Origin: a virus
Taxonomy: Duplodnaviria > Heunggongvirae > Uroviricota > Caudoviricetes
Length of the DNA stretch: 22,241 nt
Reading direction: 5' to 3' (one strand)
IMG/VR virus record: IMGVR_UViG_3300044620_000288
Span: 64,001 to 86,241 of that record
The stretch's first letter is position 1. Every line of letters begins with the position of its first letter. Positions 1-8,294 of the stretch are shown here, in pieces. The notes under the pieces are model-generated. The model was not told the DNA's origin, searched no databases, and saw nothing but the letters and a program-made list of their open reading frames with translations. The translations under genes and the position numbers were made by a program.

Positions 1-3000
1 CAAGGAGGCTTTGCTACTAAACAAGAAGCAGAAGATTATTTAAAAGAAGTAGAAGAAAAGTTAGGGGTAGAAGATAAAATCAACGCTAAGTATGATGCAG
101 AACTAGCTGCTTTAGAAGGACAACCTGCTCCTACACCAGAAGCTCCTGTAAACTTGAATGCAGAGTTGGTAAAGACGTTAACAGAAGAAAGAGATCAAAA
201 GCTTTCAGATCTGATGCCTCTCTACGGTACGGCTAGAAAGACTATGATGCAACTAGGGGATGAGGCTTTAGATCTAGGAGACCGTAATATTTTAGCAGAT
301 CCTGTTAAGTATTTAGAAGGTCGCATTGCACAAGGGGAATATAGTTTACAGCAAAGTATAGATAGGTTAAAAGCACTTGATACTAATAATCCTGATAATG
401 CTAAGGAAGCTAAAAACTTACAACGTTATATTGATACAGAAAAAATTGTTTTAGGAAAGACATATCCTAAACTTGAACAGATAAAAGCTGTAGTAGCTGA
501 GTATAATGATAAGATGAGTAGAATAGGAGAAACTCCTACACCTGCTGCACAATCTTATGACAACAAAGGAACCACTGGGCCTAGCACAGACTTCCGTGTA
601 GTTGCTAAAGGTGAGCAGAAGGAAGACAAGATGGATGACCTAGACTTAGCTGAGTTTAAGAAATGGCATGCCGCTAATGTTCCTGGTATTCCTTACGAGA
701 TATTAGAAAACATTGTTCGTAGAAACCCAGACATTACAGCTTGGGGTGTATTTGAGAATGGTGTTGCTAAGTTCTACAGAAGTGCTACACGTGGTACAGA
801 ATATCATGAGGTGTTCGAGGGTATATGGAAAGGTTTTCTTTCTCCTGGTGAAAGACAAGACTTATTAAATGAGTTTAGAAGTCAAGCTGGTACCTTCAAA
901 GATAGAGCTAGTGGGCGTGATGTTGAATATGCTGCTGCTACAGATACAGAGGCTAAGGAAAGAATTGCTGATGACTTTGCTGATTTCAGAGTGGGTAAAC
1001 TTCCTGTTAGAAGCTTGGGTGACTTGATTATCAGATTCTTCAGATCTATCATGAACTTCTTTAAGAATTTCAATGCTAAACCTACACTTAAAAAACAATT
1101 GTTTGAAGCAATTGATTTAGGTAAGTTTAAGGAGAGTGTTCTTCCTGATACAGTGAAGAATGAGGCTGCTGCATATAGAGAGATTGAAGGACTGTCTGAA
1201 CAACAAGCTCAGAAGTTTGTAGAAGATATGACAGCAAGGGTTGCTGGTCTAGTCTTCCTCAAGGCAAAGAAGTATTTGTACACTCCTCAAAAGCTTACAA
1301 GTAAGCAAATCTTTGGAGAGATAGAAGAGATGTATCTAAGGGAAGGTCAAACTCCAGGATGGAATGGTGTAAACAAACGCACTAAGCTTGGAGATGGTCG
1401 CTGGGAAGCTCTTGTACAAAGAACAAAAGAAAAGCTACGCATACTAGGTGTTACATTTAACGAGGATGGTATAATCAAACTTAATGGAGAAGACACCAAT
1501 AAGAATGACTATGCTCCTGAGGCGTTCACTGTAGACATTAAGAAAGGTGCGTCGTTTGATGTTAAGTTTACACTTGCTACTCTGTTCAAGGCTAAGGCTA
1601 TGGACCAGAGCAATACACTGAACCTAGAAATGCCTGATGCTCAGATTGATGCAGAGGTATTAGGATATAAACTTCTCAACTTCAGTACAGCATTTGCTAC
1701 ACTGCTTGAGAGACTATCTAACACTAGTGGAGTGAACAACATGACAGACAAGCTATTAGAGCTTGCAGCAAATGATGCTGATTATGTTCGTATGTTTACA
1801 CGCCTAGGTGGTAAGAAAGACAAATCTATTCCATACAAAGACTTCAAGGCTGAGGACTGGAAGTTCTTCATTAGCTTCACACAAACCTTTACAAGACAGA
1901 GACCTGATGCAATGGTACAGCGTGTTGCTGGTGGTGAGACATTTACCACTCCTGCAAATGTACAAACTGCTGCTAGACAACAAGTTGACACATGGGTGAC
2001 CAACATGAAGGTGTTGTCTAGAACAAATAAAGGAGCTATTGTATACAATAGTGCTACACAAACTTATAAGGCTAATACAAAGAAGCTTAAGGATATGCCT
2101 ATTGGCACTTCTAAGCAGATGATAGAATTCCTAAATGAGATTGGTGTTACATTTGATTCAGACACATACAAGAAGCTAAAGAGCTATGGTGGAGATAAGA
2201 GTCAAAAGAATCAGTTTGCTGCTGCTGTAAAAGATATCCGTGCCTTCTTACAAGACACTGATGACCTTCTTACAGTGACTGGTCAAACTCTAGGCATCAC
2301 TACACAACTAAACACACTTGGTCGTCTATACATAAATGCAAACAATCCTAACCAAGACATCACATATTTTGGTATCGAGAGGAAGAGGATGCAAGCATAC
2401 ATTGATAACAACACTGCATCAGTGTTTGAGAATGAGTTTAATGAGGCTACCACTCTGGATGAGCTATTAGAAAAGCGTCCTGAGCTACAGGATATATTCT
2501 CCACTGGCGCTCAAATACTTAAGAAGGGTGGACTTTATTTTGACAAGGATGGTAACAGAATTAGAGAGATTAAAGTGATGACCATTCAGGGTGTAGAGAA
2601 TAGTGATGAGTCTAAGAGTAAAGGTATTTCTAGACTTGGTCTAGGAGAGCGTTTCTCTCTTGAAATAAATGAGAACCTAAACGGTAACTTCTATATTCTT
2701 ATTCCTGCAGATAGTTCTACAGAATGGATGATGAATGTTGGTAACCAAATCAGCTACCAAGAGTTTGCTGATGGTAAAGCCTGGAACAAAATCTATTCCA
2801 TCTACAAGGGTTATCTGATGGATGACATTGCTCTAGCACGTGATTTCAAGAATCGTGGTAAGCTGAACAATGTTAATGCAAGAGCTAAAGAGTTACGTTT
2901 CTTTAATGATATCCTTCGTCCTAAGACACTAGAGAAACTAAACAGCATGATAGCTGATAAGTCAGTTTCTATGGAGGAGATTGAGAAATATGTAAACGAG

Positions 3001-6000
3001 AACCAAGAATCAATCAACCAAGATGTTGCTGGTTTCTTAGAAGGTATTACAGACACTACATTTAACACTCTTAAAGACAATGATCAAATTGTTCCTATTC
3101 AGGAAGGTTGGACATGGGATAGTCTGGACAATACATTTGCTCGTAAGAACAATATTAATAAAACCAAACCTATCATAGAAGACGTTCTGAAGCAAGTGTT
3201 GCTATTCAGAACTGTTAACTATACAATCAATAACATTGAATATCACAAGATAATATTCGGTGACCCACTTCAGTTCTCTACAGAGAAGGGTAAGTTTGAT
3301 GAGACCAAGCGTATCAAGAGCTTCCTATCTCCACGTAGAACAACATTTGATGTTGCTGAATTTGATAACTTCTTAAATGACAATCTGAATGAGGTGGCTG
3401 GTATTGCACTTCAACCTCCTAAAGATGACAGACCTGCTGACCCTGGTTACCATAACCACAAAGCTTACACAAGAACTGTAACATTTGCAGATCCTAAAAT
3501 AGCTGGTGCATTAGCAAACATCATTCCTGCGTATGCAGACATTAAAGAAGCTGATGCTGCCTCTTGGTTAATGGATACAACATTCAGAGAGATTAAGAAT
3601 AAGAACGGTCAATGGACTGATGAGGCTGAAGATTTCCACCAATGGCAAATGGCTAACACAAGAAAGAAGCTGGCTGCTAAAGGTGAATACACATATGCTA
3701 GCTCTGAGCTAAAAGCGTATGATGAAAAGCTCACATCTACACCTTCTCCTAAATACACATTAGAGATATTGAAACCTATTGTGTCTGGTGTTAAATACAA
3801 CTCAAACAACATCAACCTGGTGCTAGACAAGTTCTCTCAGATGCCTATCTACTACAGTATGGTGGAAGGAACTACTCTAGAGAAGTTATATATACAGATG
3901 TGGAAACAAGGATATGGTTATGCAATTGTAGAATCAGGAAGAAAGGTGGGAGCTGAAGGCTTACATTCTATCTACAATCCTAATGGTACATTTAATGAGG
4001 AAGCATTTAACAACTTTGTTGATGTTCCTTGGAAAGCATACGGTATCCAGGTGGAGAATATATATGATGAGGGTAAAGAACAAACTCGTGGTTCTCAGTC
4101 TACCAAGTTGATTAGCATTGACTTATTTGCTAACGGTGAGGTGTTTGGAGCTACAGGTGCACGTGCTGAATACATTAAGAATCTATACAAGAAGAATGTT
4201 AAAGACCTAGACAGAATGCATGCCAATGCTTATAATAACCTACTTAAAAAGCTTGGTGTTGTAGACAATGGTCAAGGATTTACTCTTGAAGATAAACAAG
4301 CGTTGTCTGAAGTGTTAGTGTATGAGATGTTCCGTAGAGAGCTCTCTGAGAATGCTAAAGACACTGTTAGACTTAATGAGGAAGATGAGTTCAGAATTCC
4401 TTTTGAGGCATCTCCATCTTATGTACAAATCAGAAACATCATCTACTCAATGGTTGAGAAAGCTATTCTCTCTCCTAAGATGGGTGGTAAGCCATTAGTT
4501 CAGGCTCCTGTAACCATGTGGGAGAATGCTGAGAAAGGCAGAAGTCTGGTTCAAAAGACTAAAGATGGATGGAAGAAGATATCTAGAGAAGAGTATGAGG
4601 CACTAGAGGATAGTGAGAAGAAGAAGGTGCGCATGACTAGTGACACACTCAAGTTCTATACAAAAGATAAGCCATATATGGAAGTGATGCTTCCACATTG
4701 GTTTAAAGATAAGCTTGCTGCTAAGAAGTTTAAAACTGACCAGGAAATACTTGATTACATCAATAAAAGTCCTGACGGTGCTAAGATTCTTAGAGGTATT
4801 GGTTTCCGTATTCCTACACAGTCTTTGTCTTCAATAGACTCATTTAAGGTGGTAGGGTTCCTACCTCAATATATGGGAGATACTGTTATAGTTCCTACAG
4901 AACTAGTTACCAAGTCAGGATCTGACTTTGACATAGATAAACTCAATACCTATTTAAGAAACGTATATGTAGATGCTACAGGCAACCTTAGACTTGTTAA
5001 ATACAATGGTTCTGAAGAAGCTACAAAACAATTCTTTACAAAGGTGTATGAAGACACCATCCAAACTGAGATTGACAGAATAGATAAGTTTGAAGACTTC
5101 AGAGACAGAATGTTCTCTGTGTTGATAGATGTTGAGGACTTAACAGACTTCTCTTCAGAATCTGTAAACGCAGCAATAGATGAGCAAGATGTTGACTTCT
5201 TCTATGATAACTTAAACCTATTCAAAGAAATTATAAAGCAAGCTGCTGATGCAAATCTTCCTGCTAGTGAATACATTGCACAACAGGTTGAGAAGCTGGC
5301 AGATAAGAAAACCAAACTCACTAAGAAGATCTTTAACGAGAAGCTTAAGAATGAGTTTGTAGAAGATATGTATAAGCGCTCCCTCGAGAATGAATACTAT
5401 GATTCTTTTGAAGAGTTGCTTACACTTCCTGAGAACTTCAATCGTCTCATCAGCCCTGTGGGTGATGGTGGCTTGAAAGAAATTGCTACAGAGATTGAAG
5501 ACCTATTAGGTGAGAAAGAGGTTGATGTTAAGAACAAGATCATCAACCCTAACTACATGACCACTTTGAGACACGCCTTCATAACTGCTAAGGCATGGGT
5601 GGGTATTGGTGCTGTAAACATTACCAACCACTCTCTATCTCAGAAGGTTACAGTGATTATGGATCCTGAGAAGATAAAGAACTCTCCTGCATTTGACCAG
5701 AAGTTCTTAGGTGACGGTGGTATTCTACTACCTCACAACAAGGTGACTGTTAACGGTAAGGAGTACATATCTATGTCTGGTGTACTAGATGCAGATGGTA
5801 AACTTTACATCTCTGATGGTTTGTCTGGATATATTACATCATTTGTGGATGTGGCTAAAGATCCATACATCATGAAGGTGATTAGAAGTACAAAGGCTGT
5901 TGGTACATTTATGGTGATGCAAAGAATGGGTGTTCCTATTCGTACAGCAGCTCTGTTCATGAACCAACCTATCATCAGAAAATACTTAGAACTTGTAGAA

Positions 6001-8289
6001 GGAACAGGAGCTCGTGGATTATTTGGTCGCAAGAACATGTCTACTATCATGGACAGATTCCCTGTTAAAGAAGGAGATGTTGCAGAAGTGGCTGATACTA
6101 TTGATGTTGAAAATCTTGCAGAAAACATCCGTGAGTTTGCAGAAAAAGGAAAGCTGAGCACCCTCAAGAAGAATGCTGAGCAACAACTTATATTCCAACA
6201 GTTCTTGAGACTGGCTAAGATGGCTGATTACAACTTTAAGTTTACACAGGCTATCAACTATGACACTAGTAAGTTCAAGAGTGCAGATGCTTTAAGCAAG
6301 AAGGTTATGAAAACTGACCTGGCTGCAGAGAATAACATCTTCACATCTCCTACAGAGGTGCTTGATAACTCACACATTGGAAACCAGAAGAAAATCTTAG
6401 GATTGTCTGTGGATGCTACGGGTGCCATCTTTGTATTAGACCAAGACAGATTTAGAGCTATCACAGATAAGATACTTGATCAATACAAGCAAAGAGAGTT
6501 TATAGCTGAAGATGATTATGATCGTATCTCTAATAAGGTGAGAGCATCGTTCCTAGACTATGTTATACAAACTAGAACAGGACTGAACGCTTCTATCAAA
6601 CCTTTGTTGATTGATGCTAACACATCTGTAGCTACACGTCTAGCTGAAGCTAAGACATTGTATGCCAATGAGTTACCTATCCTTAGACAACTTGAGGTGA
6701 GATTTAATAGAGAGAACGGTATACACACAGTGATGCTAATGGCTAACGTAAAGGATGCTGCTAGTGAGAATATGTACATCGGTATGATGAGAGAGCTTAG
6801 AAACAATCCTAAGACTAACCAACTGTACAAAGATTTAGTTACACTTTCCATCCTTCAGGGTACATACCAAACAGGTGTGTCTATCAAGAACATTATTCCT
6901 ATTGAAGACTACAGTGCTGTTGTAGCTCCTGTAATTTCAGGCTTGAGAGTGACAGAAGATATGGATGCATTCGCTGAAGGAATGTTCCAGCGTAATAACT
7001 GGGATGATAACATGGTGTTCTATCCTTTGAATGAGGTGTTCTTTAGAACTCTTACAGTAGATCCTAGGTATCAAGACATTGCTGGTGAGGCTGTGTATGA
7101 ATACTTCTCTCCTGTTTTCCCAAATAATGATGCTTTAAAAATCAAATCTAGTCAAAGAATAATCTTATATTTGGACGAGAATTATGATAGTGAAGCAATT
7201 GGTAGCGGGGACTATGTAAAGATAAAGAGAGTGGTGGCTAATAAAAACGGTGGTGAACTTGTAGATGTTCTGAAGGGTGTGGGTCTTTCCAAAAAAGCAT
7301 ACGCGATAATGAAGAAAGCTGGTAATCCAATGATTACACAAGTACTTGGTTATCAGAAAGTTAAATACCCTGGAACAGATGTTCCTGTAACTGTAGGTGT
7401 AAAGAACTACAAAGGAGATATTGAAAACAAGTATGTATATAAACTCATCAACCTTTATGGTGAGGGTTCATTTGGCTCAGAGTATTACACAGACTTCAAA
7501 CCTTCTGTAGTGGATAACAACACTGTTACAATTAAGAATGAGATTCCTGATAGCGATATTGTAGCTGCTTTATCTCAGGATATTAAGGTGGATGATATTA
7601 TGCAACAGTCTGCTACACCTACAAATGATGTGAAAGTGGACATGGGAAGACAAGCTGAAATAGAACCTGGACTTGGGCTCACTAAAGAAAACTTTGAATT
7701 CCCTGAGGGTTATGATGAAGCCATGGCTGCAGCTGCTGTAACAGGTCTATCTTCTGAAACAAAGATTAACATCTATGCTGGTACAGGGGAGAATGCTGAG
7801 TTAAGTAACTTTGCTAAGAGACCTTTTATATTAGGAGATGATATAACATATCCTACAGTAGAACATGCTTTTCAATTAGAAAAATTACAATATAGCAATG
7901 CTTATACAGATGAGCAAAGGGAAGCCATAATAAGAGATATGATTACTAAATCTGCTGCACAAGTAAAAGCATTTGGTAAAACTATCAAAGGATTGAATGT
8001 AAAAATGTGGAATGAAGATGCTTCTGAAATAATGAAAGATTTAATAAAACAATCTTTTCAAGCAAACCCAGCAGCTCTTCAAAAATTATTGGCTACAGGA
8101 AATGCTGAACTTACCCATACACAAGATAATACTAAATGGGGTAAAGAGTTCCCTAAACTACTTATGGAGGTTAGAAAGGAGCTAAGACCTCAAGCACCTG
8201 CTAAACCTGAAGCAACTCAAATAGACTTGTTTGATACCAATGATGAAAACCTTGATGGGGCAGATGAATCTAACCCATGTAAACGATAA
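1..8289 (+). CDS. Giant virion-associated DNA-dependent RNA polymerase (phi14:2 gp66-like, two-barrel family), 5'-partial; zincin-like domain near N-terminus, NADAR domain at C-terminus
   Basis: Frame 1 is open from base 1 (QGGFATKQEAEDYLKEVEEKLGVEDKINAKYDAELAALEG...), so the TTG at 154 is probably not the true start. Motifs seen: GFRIPTQ (4801-4821), GDTVIVP..SGSDFDIDK (DFDID at 4924-4938), KEADAASW, LKPIVSG, ESGRKVG, GSQSTKL, VDVAKDP, FMNQPII. DFDID is the catalytic motif described for the crAss-like phi14:2 virion RNAP. Confidence 0.92.
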   Translation, partial: QGGFATKQEAEDYLKEVEEKLGVEDKINAKYDAELAALEGQPAPTPEAPVNLNAELVKTLTEERDQKLSDLMPLYGTARKTMMQLGDEALDLGDRNILADPVKYLEGRIAQGEYSLQQSIDRLKALDTNNPDNAKEAKNLQRYIDTEKIVLGKTYPKLEQIKAVVAEYNDKMSRIGETPTPAAQSYDNKGTTGPSTDFRVVAKGEQKEDKMDDLDLAEFKKWHAANVPGIPYEILENIVRRNPDITAWGVFENGVAKFYRSATRGTEYHEVFEGIWKGFLSPGERQDLLNEFRSQAGTFKDRASGRDVEYAAATDTEAKERIADDFADFRVGKLPVRSLGDLIIRFFRSIMNFFKNFNAKPTLKKQLFEAIDLGKFKESVLPDTVKNEAAAYREIEGLSEQQAQKFVEDMTARVAGLVFLKAKKYLYTPQKLTSKQIFGEIEEMYLREGQTPGWNGVNKRTKLGDGRWEALVQRTKEKLRILGVTFNEDGIIKLNGEDTNKNDYAPEAFTVDIKKGASFDVKFTLATLFKAKAMDQSNTLNLEMPDAQIDAEVLGYKLLNFSTAFATLLERLSNTSGVNNMTDKLLELAANDADYVRMFTRLGGKKDKSIPYKDFKAEDWKFFISFTQTFTRQRPDAMVQRVAGGETFTTPANVQTAARQQVDTWVTNMKVLSRTNKGAIVYNSATQTYKANTKKLKDMPIGTSKQMIEFLNEIGVTFDSDTYKKLKSYGGDKSQKNQFAAAVKDIRAFLQDTDDLLTVTGQTLGITTQLNTLGRLYINANNPNQDITYFGIERKRMQAYIDNNTASVFENEFNEATTLDELLEKRPELQDIFSTGAQILKKGGLYFDKDGNRIREIKVMTIQGVENSDESKSKGISRLGLGERFSLEINENLNGNFYILIPADSSTEWMMNVGNQISYQEFADGKAWNKIYSIYKGYLMDDIALARDFKNRGKLNNVNARAKELRFFNDILRPKTLEKLNSMIADKSVSMEEIEKYVNENQESINQDVAGFLEGITDTTFNTLKDNDQIVPIQEGWTWDSLDNTFARKNNINKTKPIIEDVLKQVLLFRTVNYTINNIEYHKIIFGDPLQFSTEKGKFDETKRIKSFLSPRRTTFDVAEFDNFLNDNLNEVAGIALQPPKDDRPADPGYHNHKAYTRTVTFADPKIAGALANIIPAYADIKEADAASWLMDTTFREIKNKNGQWTDEAEDFHQWQMANTRKKLAAKGEYTYASSELKAYDEKLTSTPSPKYTLEILKPIVSGVKYNSNNINLVLDKFSQMPIYYSMVEGTTLEKLYIQMWKQGYGYAIVESGRKVGAEGLHSIYNPNGTFNEEAFNNFVDVPWKAYGIQVENIYDEGKEQTRGSQSTKLISIDLFANGEVFGATGARAEYIKNLYKKNVKDLDRMHANAYNNLLKKLGVVDNGQGFTLEDKQALSEVLVYEMFRRELSENAKDTVRLNEEDEFRIPFEASPSYVQIRNIIYSMVEKAILSPKMGGKPLVQAPVTMWENAEKGRSLVQKTKDGWKKISREEYEALEDSEKKKVRMTSDTLKFYTKDKPYMEVMLPHWFKDKLAAKKFKTDQEILDYINKSPDGAKILRGIGFRIPTQSLSSIDSFKVVGFLPQYMGDTVIVPTELVTKSGSDFDIDKLNTYLRNVYVDATGNLRLVKYNGSEEATKQFFTKVYEDTIQTEIDRIDKFEDFRDRMFSVLIDVEDLTDFSSESVNAAIDEQDVDFFYDNLNLFKEIIKQAADANLPASEYIAQQVEKLADKKTKLTKKIFNEKLKNEFVEDMYKRSLENEYYDSFEELLTLPENFNRLISPVGDGGLKEIATEIEDLLGEKEVDVKNKIINPNYMTTLRHAFITAKAWVGIGAVNITNHSLSQKVTVIMDPEKIKNSPAFDQKFLGDGGILLPHNKVTVNGKEYISMSGVLDADGKLYISDGLSGYITSFVDVAKDPYIMKVIRSTKAVGTFMVMQRMGVPIRTAALFMNQPIIRKYLELVEGTGARGLFGRKNMSTIMDRFPVKEGDVAEVADTIDVENLAENIREFAEKGKLSTLKKNAEQQLIFQQFLRLAKMADYNFKFTQAINYDTSKFKSADALSKKVMKTDLAAENNIFTSPTEVLDNSHIGNQKKILGLSVDATGAIFVLDQDRFRAITDKILDQYKQREFIAEDDYDRISNKVRASFLDYVIQTRTGLNASIKPLLIDANTSVATRLAEAKTLYANELPILRQLEVRFNRENGIHTVMLMANVKDAASENMYIGMMRELRNNPKTNQLYKDLVTLSILQGTYQTGVSIKNIIPIEDYSAVVAPVISGLRVTEDMDAFAEGMFQRNNWDDNMVFYPLNEVFFRTLTVDPRYQDIAGEAVYEYFSPVFPNNDALKIKSSQRIILYLDENYDSEAIGSGDYVKIKRVVANKNGGELVDVLKGVGLSKKAYAIMKKAGNPMITQVLGYQKVKYPGTDVPVTVGVKNYKGDIENKYVYKLINLYGEGSFGSEYYTDFKPSVVDNNTVTIKNEIPDSDIVAALSQDIKVDDIMQQSATPTNDVKVDMGRQAEIEPGLGLTKENFEFPEGYDEAMAAAAVTGLSSETKINIYAGTGENAELSNFAKRPFILGDDITYPTVEHAFQLEKLQYSNAYTDEQREAIIRDMITKSAAQVKAFGKTIKGLNVKMWNEDASEIMKDLIKQSFQANPAALQKLLATGNAELTHTQDNTKWGKEFPKLLMEVRKELRPQAPAKPEATQIDLFDTNDENLDGADESNPCKR
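640..1100 (+). other. Degenerate zincin-like (HExxH-derived) domain within the RNAP protein; boundaries approximate
   Basis: TAWGVFENGVAKFYRSATRGTEYHEVFEGIW (HEVFE at 805-819, second His replaced by Glu), followed by AKERIADDF at the usual EExxAxxF position. Confidence 0.65.
4924..4938 (+). other. RNAP catalytic DxDxD motif (DFDID)
   Basis: gac ttt gac ata gat, in frame, downstream of RIPTQ. Confidence 0.92.
7762..8187 (+). other. NADAR (YbiA/DUF1768-like) domain at the RNAP C-terminus
   Basis: Motifs appear in NADAR order: LSNF..PF, YPTVEHAFQLEK (E at 7861, K at 7882), W....IMKDLI...F.ANP...KLLATGNAEL, DNTKWG, LLMEVRKELR. Confidence 0.85.
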
Positions 8290-8294
8290 TTAAT

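Noticed and set aside
154-156. TTG start for the RNAP given by the ORF track
   Set aside because: The frame is open and protein-like from base 1, so the gene almost certainly starts upstream of the window.
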